36,551 nt of DNA from a virus (Duplodnaviria; Caudoviricetes): IMG/VR virus record IMGVR_UViG_3300011335_000496, positions 1-36,551 of that record, one strand, 5' to 3'. Below the pieces are notes generated by a model, which saw nothing but the letters and a program-made list of their open reading frames with translations, was not told the DNA's origin and ran no database searches. A program made the position numbers and the translations under genes. This document shows positions 25,383-34,596 of this stretch, in pieces. How positions within the stretch are numbered: position 1 is the first letter of the stretch; each line of letters starts with the position of its first letter.

Positions 25383-26354
25383 TTATGCGAAGTTTGTGGT
25401 GATGCGAACAGCGGCGTTCGGATCAATCACCACTTCATCCGTATTCATACGAACCCGGAGCACTTGGCTACGGCGAGCTTCGTCACGATAGCTCTCTGAG
25501 ACGAATCCACCAGCCGCATCGCCAGTCCAGACCAAGGTGCGACCAATTCCACCAGCGGTGAACTCACCGCCAGAGACTTGACCCACAATGATTTTAGTGT
25601 CTGGAACAACGAACGAACCAGTATAGCTCTTGTTCTTGCCAGCGGTGTTGTAAGCCGCACGACCAATCAAGAGGTTCTGCACACCGAGAGCCGCCGCAAT
25701 CTCCGCTTCGGAGAGCAAGCGAGCACCTGTGCTAGAAATCACTCCGAAGAATTGATTTTGCAAGAGTGTCGAACGACGAATCAACTCAAACACATTAGCC
25801 GACATCGCAACGCAATTTGACTCATACCCATATTGGGCGAGGGCCAACTTGGCGGCCGCCACATCACGAGCGATATCCACCGTTGCAACTAACGCTTGGG
25901 TGTAGGCAACTGCACGAGTTTGATCAGCAATGGTGAAGGGAGTCGAGCTAGCCCAGAGAAGATCGGCCACCCGTTTCTCGTGGGAGAGTTTCAACTGACG
26001 AAGCAAGAACTTTGCTGTTTCGCTCTCGTATGAGAAGAAACGATTTAAGTCAGCGGAAGCATCATCAGGAAGCAATTCTTCCAGTCCGAATTCCGAAGTT
26101 GCAAAATTTGCCGAGCTAAAAGAACGAATTCCTCTGCTGTAGTTAGAACCACTCTCACGATTGAGAGCGTTGTTGCTGAGGAGTTCGCCAGCCGCCAACT
26201 GCACTTTCAAATATGTTCCAGCTTTCGCATCAACATTTTGAAGGGGCAATAATTGCGACCCGATCAAACCCACATCCGCTTGAGGAGCTTCGATCAACGC
26301 TTGGCTGATGTCCGCCCGAATAGTTGCTCCGCTTCCGCCGTTAATAAATGCCAT
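25383..26354 (-). CDS. Major capsid protein (HK97 fold, lambda gpE-like)
   Basis: 323 aa after the protease and decoration genes; LKLSHEKRVADLL; ESYRDE..RS.VLRVR; strong terminator follows. Confidence 0.88.
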   Translation of the reverse strand: MAFINGGSGATIRADISQALIEAPQADVGLIGSQLLPLQNVDAKAGTYLKVQLAAGELLSNNALNRESGSNYSRGIRSFSSANFATSEFGLEELLPDDASADLNRFFSYESETAKFLLRQLKLSHEKRVADLLWASSTPFTIADQTRAVAYTQALVATVDIARDVAAAKLALAQYGYESNCVAMSANVFELIRRSTLLQNQFFGVISSTGARLLSEAEIAAALGVQNLLIGRAAYNTAGKNKSYTGSFVVPDTKIIVGQVSGGEFTAGGIGRTLVWTGDAAGGFVSESYRDEARRSQVLRVRMNTDEVVIDPNAAVRITTNFA

Positions 26355-26383
26355 ATATTTTAGTCTTTCTTTGTTAGGTTAAA

Positions 26384-26746
26384 TTACTGGGTGAGGGGAA
26401 CCGCAATTTCAACAACCGCATCTGCCGCTCCACCTTCAAGGGCAACTCCGACGATGCCAAGATTGGCCGCCGCAGTTGTCACAAGACCACCGCCAGTCGT
26501 GGCAACCAAGCCACCAATAGCAATAGCCGTTTCGCAATTAGCGAAGAAGGTCGGGTAAAAGAGTTTAACTGAGCCGACTTCAGAGGCGGCCACATCGGTT
26601 AGGGTGGAGCCGACACAACGAGCCGAGCCAGAGACAGCCGCGCGAGCCGTGCCGTCAGTATGAATTTCCACTAAGCGATAAGCACAGATCGCAGTAGCAG
26701 AAAAGGTGAAGGTGCGAGTTGCACCGCCGTCGATATTGGTTGCCAT
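26384..26746 (-). CDS. Head decoration/cement protein
   Basis: 120 aa Ala/Gly-rich; IVGVALE..AAD.VVEI pattern; between scaffold and MCP. Confidence 0.8.
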   Translation of the reverse strand: MATNIDGGATRTFTFSATAICAYRLVEIHTDGTARAAVSGSARCVGSTLTDVAASEVGSVKLFYPTFFANCETAIAIGGLVATTGGGLVTTAAANLGIVGVALEGGAADAVVEIAVPLTQ

Positions 26747-26764
26747 ATATTTTAATCCTTTTTC

Positions 26765-27178
26765 TTAGAGTTTGAAAATACCACGAGTCAAAGCCTCGGT
26801 GTATTCTTTGGGGTTTGATAGCATCACGGCTTTCATGGCCTTGAGCTTAGAAGTTCCGTAATCGCTATGGGCGGCCACGAGTGCTTCAAAATTCTTGGGT
26901 TCGTCTTTCTTTTCGGAAGGAACTTCAATGGAGGGCGAGGCGGGAATGGGCTTAATGCCAAACTCAGTCAGCACTTTTTTCACCACCGCACTCATCTCTT
27001 CATCCTTCTTATCTTCGGAGGGTTCAACCTCAACGGAGATTTCGGGGGCGGGAGTTTCGGAGGGCTTATCAGAGGCCATCTCCTCTTTCTTCATTTCATC
27101 CTTGGGTTTCATCGAATCTTCAATGGCCGCTAGGCGAACCTTGATATCTTCGATATCTTTCATGTAATTGTTTTCCAT
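26765..27178 (-). CDS. Nested in-frame scaffold protein (Nu3-like), 137 aa
   Basis: Internal ATG (MENNY...) preceded by TTGACA-AAAAGGA-TAAAACTAAT. Confidence 0.65.
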   Translation of the reverse strand: MENNYMKDIEDIKVRLAAIEDSMKPKDEMKKEEMASDKPSETPAPEISVEVEPSEDKKDEEMSAVVKKVLTEFGIKPIPASPSIEVPSEKKDEPKNFEALVAAHSDYGTSKLKAMKAVMLSNPKEYTEALTRGIFKL

Positions 27179-27850
27179 ATTAGTTTTATCCTTTTTGTCA
27201 AGTGGTGCATCCTCTACAACAGCTTGTGGAATTGTCCCCTTGATAGTATCGCCACCAGAAACATATCCAAGTTTTGCCATAAACTTAACCATTTCCTCGA
27301 AGAGTCCGTTGGTGGCCGCTGGCGAGGATACAAGATCAGCCGAGGCAATGCTCTGGGGTCTGATGTAGTCCTTCCCATCAATCGTCTCGCTCTCGTTCAC
27401 AAAGGCTAGGGAAACGCCGAACTGGTCGGGGGCTTCGCTGGCCATCTCTTTGATAAGGCCATAATGAGGAGAGTTGCGGAGTAGTCGGAGATCAGCCACT
27501 AGCTTGTCCCCTTCAATGCGAGGATTCCTTAAAAAGCCGACAACCGCCTCCAATCCAGAACCGTGATTCATCTTTGCTTTAGTTCCATTCTTGGCACTTT
27601 CCATAAGTTTAAGGGCAGTTTCTAGGCTTGTTTTATCCACGAAAAGGTCGTGTCCTTTAGCCTCTCCCACCTCTAAAATGCTCACCCCACCTAGCTCCAT
27701 CTCTTCCATCTCCTCATCCCGATAAGTAGAATAGGCTACGGCTGAACGCTGGGATTCCTCTGGAAAGTCGCTGATGGCTTGCTCGTCTCCCATAAAGCGG
27801 GAAACAAAATCTTTCTCTGATTCGTCGGCACTAGGAATTGGTAGGGGCAT
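26765..27850 (-). CDS. Prohead protease/scaffold protein
   Basis: GEAKGH, MNH, FGVS and ADLVSSPAAT protease-like motifs; acidic C-terminal scaffold. Confidence 0.8.
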   Translation of the reverse strand: MPLPIPSADESEKDFVSRFMGDEQAISDFPEESQRSAVAYSTYRDEEMEEMELGGVSILEVGEAKGHDLFVDKTSLETALKLMESAKNGTKAKMNHGSGLEAVVGFLRNPRIEGDKLVADLRLLRNSPHYGLIKEMASEAPDQFGVSLAFVNESETIDGKDYIRPQSIASADLVSSPAATNGLFEEMVKFMAKLGYVSGGDTIKGTIPQAVVEDAPLDKKDKTNMENNYMKDIEDIKVRLAAIEDSMKPKDEMKKEEMASDKPSETPAPEISVEVEPSEDKKDEEMSAVVKKVLTEFGIKPIPASPSIEVPSEKKDEPKNFEALVAAHSDYGTSKLKAMKAVMLSNPKEYTEALTRGIFKL

Positions 27851-27866
27851 AAATCCCTACCTTATG

Positions 27867-30800
27867 TCAAAGGAGATCGCCGTCCGCTTCTCGATATGAC
27901 TTCTTGACTTCACCGCCACCCGCCATCTTCAAGAACTTGTTGACTCTAGCCATCGCCCAAGCGTTGCGTGAGTTGGGCTTGCCCCCGCTGATGGTGGGTC
28001 GGAAGCTGGTCGAGAACGCCCCTGCTCCCCTTCGGAATACTTTCTTCAATGCTCCGATGCTAGGTGCGTTTTTGTTGGGGTGATCTTTCTTGAACTCGGC
28101 GATCTTGTTCTTCAAGGCTTCCTCGTTCTGCTCTGAAATCTCAATATCCCCAGCCTTGCTCCGGGTGGATGCCGTGCCTTCGGGGTTCTCCTTCGAGCCT
28201 TTGATTCGTTCCTTGGGAGGGGCGGGGGTTTGGGAGACTGGTCGGGCTAGTTCTTCTTTCTTGTCTGTGATCGGGCCACCAACAATCCAAGCATCACAAG
28301 TCCTTTTAGATGCACACTTAAAGTCAAAAATCTCGCAGTAGCCAAGATCGCCACCAATCGCTACTTCGTTCGCATCCTCTCCAATCCCCTTCTTGATACA
28401 TCCTAGAATCTTGTTCCTCTGATCAAAGGCCGCACAATTACCACAAAGCATCTTCTTTGCCGTGGGTACATCCCCCTGAAATTCGCCTGCCTTGGCTTTC
28501 CAGTAGTCCTCGTTAGGTTCGTTAGGATTGGCTGGGCCATAGTTCGCGTCGTCCACGGCTGTCTGCCTATTGGCTAGGTTGGTCTTTACATCTTGCGTTG
28601 CGATTGGACAAGAGGCTGGTTCGGCCAGTTCTTTCTTGTCCCTAGATTCCATCTGACCAACTACTTTTTTTGCCCAAGAATAGCCAGCATCCCCACCCCA
28701 TCCGTTCCACGCTTGCCAGCCCTTTCCTTGCTCCCCAAAGGTAGAGCCTTTCTTGTCCACTTCGTGCCTATCGAAAAAGGCTTTCATTCTTTTGATGGTG
28801 TCGGGTGATAGCTTCACCCCATTTTGTAAGTCTCTAGCCCTAGCAAGCCCAACAGGGGTCATTCCCCTTTGGCTGGGTGGTTTCGTCTCCCGCACTTCTA
28901 AGGCTCTTTTAGCGGCATCCCTAGCCCCTTGCGGGGGGCTGAAATCAATCCCCTCGTATTTGCCCAACTCAATGCCACCCATCATTCCGGCAATCAGCAT
29001 CTTAATTTCGTTCTGGTTTAGCTCTCGGACTACTGCTGTTTCGGTACTTAAATTATACTCTTTCAATACATTCTGCGGAACTTTCTTTCCTGCTTTTAGT
29101 GCATCCCTAACAATCTCTTCGTGATCTTTTTCTTTGCTCGCTAGTGTTCCGATGTATTTAGCCATCCGCTTTGCCGAGATTTCTTCTGGGTCGTTTTCAT
29201 ACATTTTATTAAAGTCGCCATCTCCACTAATAATTTTTTTAATATCTGCTTTCTTGATTTCCCTGCCAGTTGCCCTTCTCATTTGATGTGCAGATTCCTC
29301 GTAGAGCGTCCCAACCATTTGTGAATTTGGGTTAATAAAGATTGCTGGTTTTCCTTCAAATGTTCCAGAAGCACCGTCGAAAACAAAATCTTCGCCAGTC
29401 TTTATTCTTTCCCCTTTAACTACTGGGGTTCTCATAACCATCACTGGCACATCTAAAACTGGTTTTAGTAATTCTCTAGTTTTTTCGCCGTGAATTAAAT
29501 CACCAACATTTCCAATAATAGTTCCATCTTTTTGATTTTCTGCATCAATAAACTTTCTTGAAATTTGAGGGTGGAAAAATTCTTTCTTTGTAAGTTTCCA
29601 CAATTCAGGCGATTTAGTGCTTGCTTTGTTTGATTTGTCTATTTTTTCCTCACCCTCACCCCCTGCACAAGTATTCCCATCTTTGAATCCTCCGCTACCA
29701 GTCCCGCAATCTAGGCTTTTGAATGTTTTTTTAACTGGGCCTATTCTTCCCCTTTTAACTAAACTAGCCCTTAACTCTTTTGCCTCTTTCTCTACTCCAT
29801 CAATCGAATCTTTAATATTTTGTGGAAGTTTTGAATATCCTTCCTTATCAAATCTTTTCATTCCATTAAGTTCTGCAAAACTTTCTGTTACCGTTCGGTC
29901 TGCGGTTGATTCATCCCATACCTCACCTATCGAATACTTTATTCTTGTTCGTTTTGCCACCTCCTCGATTACCTTGGGATTGGCCTTTATTGCTTGAGTA
30001 AAGTTCCCCTTGGTCTCTTCCTTTGCGCCATCCCATATTCCGTGTCCAATTTCGTGATGTATTAGCCTATTAAATCCGTGCTTAACTCTATATTCGTCAC
30101 CAGAGGCGGCTATGGCCTCTGATGTTTTTGTGTGAATAATAAGATTGTTTTTGTTGTGCGCTCCATAATATGTAAAGCCAGACGGGGTTTTAGATGTTCC
30201 CCTAACCTCTATGTTATCTATTCCAGCGGTTCGCATCGCCTCGATTGTTTCTGGTTCAGACAATGCTTTTTCAAGGTCTGCCTTGGTTTTCTTTCCTAAT
30301 CTTTTTACTGCTCCGGGCGCTCCTTTTTGTAGTCCCCCCTCAGCGTCAGTTATTGTGAAGTCCCCTATTTTTGCTCTGACTCCCCTTCCATCCTCTGTAA
30401 ATTCTTGCCCATTATCCCCCCATTTTTGACCCGGTAAAACTTCTGGTGCAATTTCAACCTTTGCATTTTTAATTGATGGTTTTCCGCCACCCACCTCTCC
30501 TCCATCGCCACCGCCAGAGCAAGTATTTCCCGGCTTGAATCCACCAGAACCAGTTCCGCAATCTTCTAATTCCTTACTTTTTTTTTGAGTAGGTAATTCT
30601 ATTTCTGACTCGTCTATTGGCAATTCATCTTCTCTATCATCTTTTTGCAATTCTTCGGATGATGGCTCAATAGGTTCTTCTGGCGTGGCCTCATCGCCTC
30701 CACCTTCATCCTCGCCCTCTTCTGGCTTGTCGTTCTTTGTGGCTACTGCTTGGGGTGCGGGTGTTGGAAATTGTGGCTGAGGCGGTGTGGGTGTAACAAT

Positions 30801-32234
30801 ATCGGAAATGGTTTCTGGGGCTACGCCATACTTCTGTGCCAAGTCCTTAATCAGCTTGGCCTCAATCGCCCTCTGCCTCATTGCGCTCTCGAAGTCTTGG
30901 CCACGCTCGGCGTAGATGTCGGCGGCGGTGCGGAGTCCTGTCTTAAACTCGGATATGGCCGAGGCTGATTCTCTGCCCAAATCAATAGAGACATTCGCCC
31001 CGAAATTAAAGATGCCCTTGGTAGTTCTGCTTCCAGCGTTGTTCTCAATCAATCCCCTTGCAACTGCATCGGCAATTACGATGTTCTTAATTGGGCGAAG
31101 CACTTTATCGTCTAGGAGTTTCTGATATCTGCGGAAAGTTCTCCCCGCTTGTTGCATCTCAAGGCGAGCGGTCGGGCCACTCATAGCGGAAGGGTCAACG
31201 GCGAAGCTGTAAGGGATGCCCACTCCTAAGCAAATGTTGCGGAGTAGAATCTTGTGGAACTCTGCGAACGCTCCGCTTGGTCTGTTCGGGCCATCGGGGA
31301 ACTGAATCGTTTCTCCCGGTTCGAGATAACTGACCTTGCCCGATTCCATAGTTTCTAACTTGATTGCTTGGTTATCAAAATTGGTATCGGAGGTCAGATC
31401 ACTCAAGTCGGAAGCATTGTTGTTGTTTCTGAGAACGATTGCACTCTGCGAACTCGCTACCTTAGCTGACATCTTTTCAAAATTGATTATGTCGTAAATG
31501 TCTTGTGCATCGTTAATTGCAGTATGGAAAGCCGAGATGCCCCTGTACTGGTCGATGCGGAGCGGGTCGTATAGGTGGAACGCTTGGCTTGCGCTTACCT
31601 TTTGTTGGAAGGTGTAGGCGTTTCCGATAGATCGTGCGAAAATATCGTAGGCAGTAGGAGCACCAGTCTCTTGATCTATATGGATGCCCCCGATTAGATC
31701 GCTAGTGGTATAAACTTGGAAGGGGTTGCCGAGTCGATCTGCTTCGATGCCTTGTAGTTTTAGATCGCCATTGTTGTCTCTAATTAAAACGAATAAAAAG
31801 TCGCCGTCTCGGAGCATCGACATAACCGCAACTTGCATAAGGGTTGAGCCTGTATGCCTCGTTGAGATGTCGCAGTTATCCCACCATTCAGACCAGAACG
31901 ATTCGACATCTGTATTGACCGCTGGCTCGCTTGTTCGGGCTTGGTAAGAAACATTCGCCGCCGTGTGCGAGGCAAACTTCATTAGGATAGATCGAACTAG
32001 CCCAACATTCTCGGCCAAGTCCCTGCTCCGCTTCATTAGTTCAATACGATCATATCCAGTCCGATAGCTCTCTGCACCCTGCAACACGCTCGGGCCTTTG
32101 CGCTCCCGATTGTACTTGGTCGCATCGTAGTTGAAATGGGTCAGCTTTGCCCTTGCAATCGCTCTCTCAACTCCCGCTTGTGGGTTGACCAAGGCCACGG
32201 CTCGGTCGATTAGGTTAAGGGATATTTTCTTCAC
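27867..32234 (-). CDS. Lambda-family portal protein fused to about 950 aa of extra domains
   Basis: First ~480 aa are lambda gpB-like (RSRDLAEN, LRDGD, IEADRL, R.DQ.RG, YLEPGE); then a linker and five modules. Confidence 0.9.
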   Translation of the reverse strand: MKKISLNLIDRAVALVNPQAGVERAIARAKLTHFNYDATKYNRERKGPSVLQGAESYRTGYDRIELMKRSRDLAENVGLVRSILMKFASHTAANVSYQARTSEPAVNTDVESFWSEWWDNCDISTRHTGSTLMQVAVMSMLRDGDFLFVLIRDNNGDLKLQGIEADRLGNPFQVYTTSDLIGGIHIDQETGAPTAYDIFARSIGNAYTFQQKVSASQAFHLYDPLRIDQYRGISAFHTAINDAQDIYDIINFEKMSAKVASSQSAIVLRNNNNASDLSDLTSDTNFDNQAIKLETMESGKVSYLEPGETIQFPDGPNRPSGAFAEFHKILLRNICLGVGIPYSFAVDPSAMSGPTARLEMQQAGRTFRRYQKLLDDKVLRPIKNIVIADAVARGLIENNAGSRTTKGIFNFGANVSIDLGRESASAISEFKTGLRTAADIYAERGQDFESAMRQRAIEAKLIKDLAQKYGVAPETISDIVTPTPPQPQFPTPAPQAVATKNDKPEEGEDEGGGDEATPEEPIEPSSEELQKDDREDELPIDESEIELPTQKKSKELEDCGTGSGGFKPGNTCSGGGDGGEVGGGKPSIKNAKVEIAPEVLPGQKWGDNGQEFTEDGRGVRAKIGDFTITDAEGGLQKGAPGAVKRLGKKTKADLEKALSEPETIEAMRTAGIDNIEVRGTSKTPSGFTYYGAHNKNNLIIHTKTSEAIAASGDEYRVKHGFNRLIHHEIGHGIWDGAKEETKGNFTQAIKANPKVIEEVAKRTRIKYSIGEVWDESTADRTVTESFAELNGMKRFDKEGYSKLPQNIKDSIDGVEKEAKELRASLVKRGRIGPVKKTFKSLDCGTGSGGFKDGNTCAGGEGEEKIDKSNKASTKSPELWKLTKKEFFHPQISRKFIDAENQKDGTIIGNVGDLIHGEKTRELLKPVLDVPVMVMRTPVVKGERIKTGEDFVFDGASGTFEGKPAIFINPNSQMVGTLYEESAHQMRRATGREIKKADIKKIISGDGDFNKMYENDPEEISAKRMAKYIGTLASKEKDHEEIVRDALKAGKKVPQNVLKEYNLSTETAVVRELNQNEIKMLIAGMMGGIELGKYEGIDFSPPQGARDAAKRALEVRETKPPSQRGMTPVGLARARDLQNGVKLSPDTIKRMKAFFDRHEVDKKGSTFGEQGKGWQAWNGWGGDAGYSWAKKVVGQMESRDKKELAEPASCPIATQDVKTNLANRQTAVDDANYGPANPNEPNEDYWKAKAGEFQGDVPTAKKMLCGNCAAFDQRNKILGCIKKGIGEDANEVAIGGDLGYCEIFDFKCASKRTCDAWIVGGPITDKKEELARPVSQTPAPPKERIKGSKENPEGTASTRSKAGDIEISEQNEEALKNKIAEFKKDHPNKNAPSIGALKKVFRRGAGAFSTSFRPTISGGKPNSRNAWAMARVNKFLKMAGGGEVKKSYREADGDLL
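29659..30563 (-). repeat. Direct repeat pair encoding DCGTGSGGFK[PD]GNTC[SA]GG
   Basis: Copies at about 30511-30563 and 29659-29711, each heading one inserted domain. Confidence 0.9.
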
Positions 32235-32467
32235 GGGCCAAATTTTGCGTAGGTTGTACGAATCCTTGTGCCACTTATATTTTGAATGGCAAGCGTTAGT
32301 TCGGCAATCGTGGACGAAACTTCGCTGAGGTTCGCCCTTGAGAAAGAGCGTCCCGCTATCGAATACGAGCTACCCGCCACCGCAATAGCTTCAAGACAAG
32401 TGACATATTTATCACGAAGAGAAGTAAGGGTGGCTAAGGGTAGCCCAATGAAATCACCCTTCGCCAT
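32231..32467 (-). CDS. Head-tail joining protein (gpW-like)
   Basis: GSSYSIAGRSFSRANL; between terL and portal; GAGGAGG SD. Confidence 0.85.
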   Translation of the reverse strand: MAKGDFIGLPLATLTSLRDKYVTCLEAIAVAGSSYSIAGRSFSRANLSEVSSTIAELTLAIQNISGTRIRTTYAKFGP

Positions 32468-34244
32468 TGATTTCCTCCTCTGTCAAACTTGCGGGTGATA
32501 CTTGCAAGAGCTTGTATAGGCCAGCCCCTACTATATTCATACATTCACAATCGAGCAAATGGTTCTGCTTCCCGATTTGCTTCCAGACCATCCTTGTCCT
32601 TCCAGTTAACGGGTTCTTCACCGCTACCTTAACCTCTGCTCGAATATGAGTGTGCCAAACTTCGGGAGCGTCATCGGCCACGAATCCTTCGGAGTGGAGG
32701 AGGTTCGAGAATATGTCTTTTATACTAGGGTTAGACCACCGCCAAACTGGACATAGCCTCCACTTCCACCCAATCCTAGATTGCCCTGCCTTACCCGATA
32801 AGGGGTCTCCATTAGAGATTCTTGCAAAGGGTCGGGTGACTTTCTTTTCATTCACAATCTCTGAGAAGGAGGAGCGATCTGAACCAACCAAAGCAATCCA
32901 GCCGTGCAAGCAACATTGATAATAGACATCTCGTGTCTGATCGCCCGAATCTATAAATACCATCTTGGGCAGTACCTTGAACTCGTCTGCCTTTGCTTCT
33001 ATATCGCCCCAAGTTTCAAGGCGGCCAGCCCACACCATCCGAGACTTGCCTTCATCGTTATACGCTCGAACCAGTACCCAAGTATGAAAGCCGCCAGACT
33101 CCTGCACATCGACGCTCATCACGCACTTCTCGCCCTCTCTAACCTTGCCCATCTTGTAGCCTCCCGCCTTGATCTCGATTCGTTCCTGTTCGTGTTCTAA
33201 CCAAGGCTCGGCCAAGACTCGATTGATAAAATCTTGCAAGCCCACGATTCCCGCATACTTATCTTGTAAGAACTTCACCGCCAAGCTCCCAAATGTTACC
33301 CAAGGAGCATACAAACCATTGAGGTGATAGGAGCGTCTGGCTGGCTCGCCATTAGGATTAGTTGCCCTCCACTCTCCCCCTCGAAGCATAGCGGTTTTTT
33401 GTCCATCTGTGATTGGCTTCTTGCATCCTTCACACTCGTAATAGGCTGAGGATTTTACTAGGGCGAAGTCATAGACGCTATCCTCTAGCTTTGCTTTGTC
33501 ATCCCACTTGATCTGTCCCCATATAAGTTTCTGTTTCAATCCACAATGCGGACAAGGCACAAAGAAGAAGCGCATATCCCCTTTAAGCCATTCGCTCCAT
33601 ATCGTACTATCTGCCGTGGTTGGCGTGCTAGTGGTTATGATTAGATGGTTCGGGTAGGTGCTGACTCTGGCCTCTGCCAGTTGCAACGCTCCCGCCTCTG
33701 TTTTGCTTGACCCTGCCTCTGGATATTTGTCCACCTCATCGAGCATCAAAAGGGAAACAGACCTAGAGGCAAGATTGGCGGGGCTGTTGCTTCCTACAAA
33801 CCAAAGACTCATCTTTCTAAAATGCTGTTCGAGAATCTTGATCTTGTCTGTGTTGTCGGGCTTTTCTTTGGCTAGGGCTGGGCAATCATCAATCATTGGC
33901 AACCATCGAGTTTCGGAGAACGATCTTGCGAGAGCCTCGGAGGGCATCACCCAAAGGGCGGGACAAGGCCGCTCGGCCAGTCGATAGGCTAGGCCAGCTA
34001 GAATCGTTGTAGTCTTGGATGTCTGCGCTCCCCAGACTAGGCACACCCGCCGAACTGAATCATCCCCAAAAGCCTCAAGCGGTTCTCTCACATAGGCAGT
34101 GAGGTTGGTTGAGTATGCCCCCGGTATGTTCGTCACCCTCGCTGATAGCGTAAGGTTTTTCTCTGCCCATTCTGGAATTGAAAGATGCTCTCTGGGCTTG
34201 AATAGTTCCCTAGTGAATCCGTTGATTTCCGCAAGCGGGTTCAT
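32454..34244 (-). CDS. terL: Terminase large subunit (lambda GpA family)
   Basis: Walker A WGAQTSKTT, Walker B LMLDEVD, TSTPT, CPHC/CEGC, nuclease VDVQ/DSG/NHLLDC. Confidence 0.96.
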   Translation of the reverse strand: MNPLAEINGFTRELFKPREHLSIPEWAEKNLTLSARVTNIPGAYSTNLTAYVREPLEAFGDDSVRRVCLVWGAQTSKTTTILAGLAYRLAERPCPALWVMPSEALARSFSETRWLPMIDDCPALAKEKPDNTDKIKILEQHFRKMSLWFVGSNSPANLASRSVSLLMLDEVDKYPEAGSSKTEAGALQLAEARVSTYPNHLIITTSTPTTADSTIWSEWLKGDMRFFFVPCPHCGLKQKLIWGQIKWDDKAKLEDSVYDFALVKSSAYYECEGCKKPITDGQKTAMLRGGEWRATNPNGEPARRSYHLNGLYAPWVTFGSLAVKFLQDKYAGIVGLQDFINRVLAEPWLEHEQERIEIKAGGYKMGKVREGEKCVMSVDVQESGGFHTWVLVRAYNDEGKSRMVWAGRLETWGDIEAKADEFKVLPKMVFIDSGDQTRDVYYQCCLHGWIALVGSDRSSFSEIVNEKKVTRPFARISNGDPLSGKAGQSRIGWKWRLCPVWRWSNPSIKDIFSNLLHSEGFVADDAPEVWHTHIRAEVKVAVKNPLTGRTRMVWKQIGKQNHLLDCECMNIVGAGLYKLLQVSPASLTEEEINGEG

Positions 34245-34525
34245 CTCTTAACCATATAATCTTTTGCATACGCCCACGCTGGGTTCATATGAATCTTATG
34301 GTGGCAATCGAAGCACACCGCCAAGAAGAACTCGGACTCATTGAGCCTGTCCCCGAATCTCCCTCGCCTATGGTGAACTTGGCTAGCTACGCTAGAACAG
34401 ACTTGGCAAAGGGGATTGAGCGTTAAAAACTGCACCCGCACTTCCTTGTAAACATCGTTCTGCAACTTCCTTTTCTTGGACACTCGGCGTAGCGGGGTCT
34501 TGCGTTTTAGTGGGGAGCGTTTCAT
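34241..34525 (-). CDS. HNH endonuclease-like protein
   Basis: CQVC...VHH...N...AVCFDCHHKIH. Confidence 0.85.
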   Translation of the reverse strand: MKRSPLKRKTPLRRVSKKRKLQNDVYKEVRVQFLTLNPLCQVCSSVASQVHHRRGRFGDRLNESEFFLAVCFDCHHKIHMNPAWAYAKDYMVKR

Positions 34526-34596
34526 TCGTCGAATTGCGAAAGGCTAAGGCCAAGGATTGATATGGCAACCAGCAAAAGAAGGAAGCACTCGTTCAT
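34522..34596 (-). CDS. 24-aa hydrophobic peptide (MNECFLLLLVAISILGLSLSQFDE)
   Basis: Translated by hand; ATGA overlaps on both sides. Confidence 0.55.
   Translation of the reverse strand: MNECFLLLLVAISILGLSLSQFDE

Noticed and set aside
27867-34244. Intein or intron as the cause of the long portal, or within terL
   Set aside because: No Hint-like C/S...HN boundaries or LAGLIDADG motifs; the Cys repeat is not an intein start; terL has a normal length.
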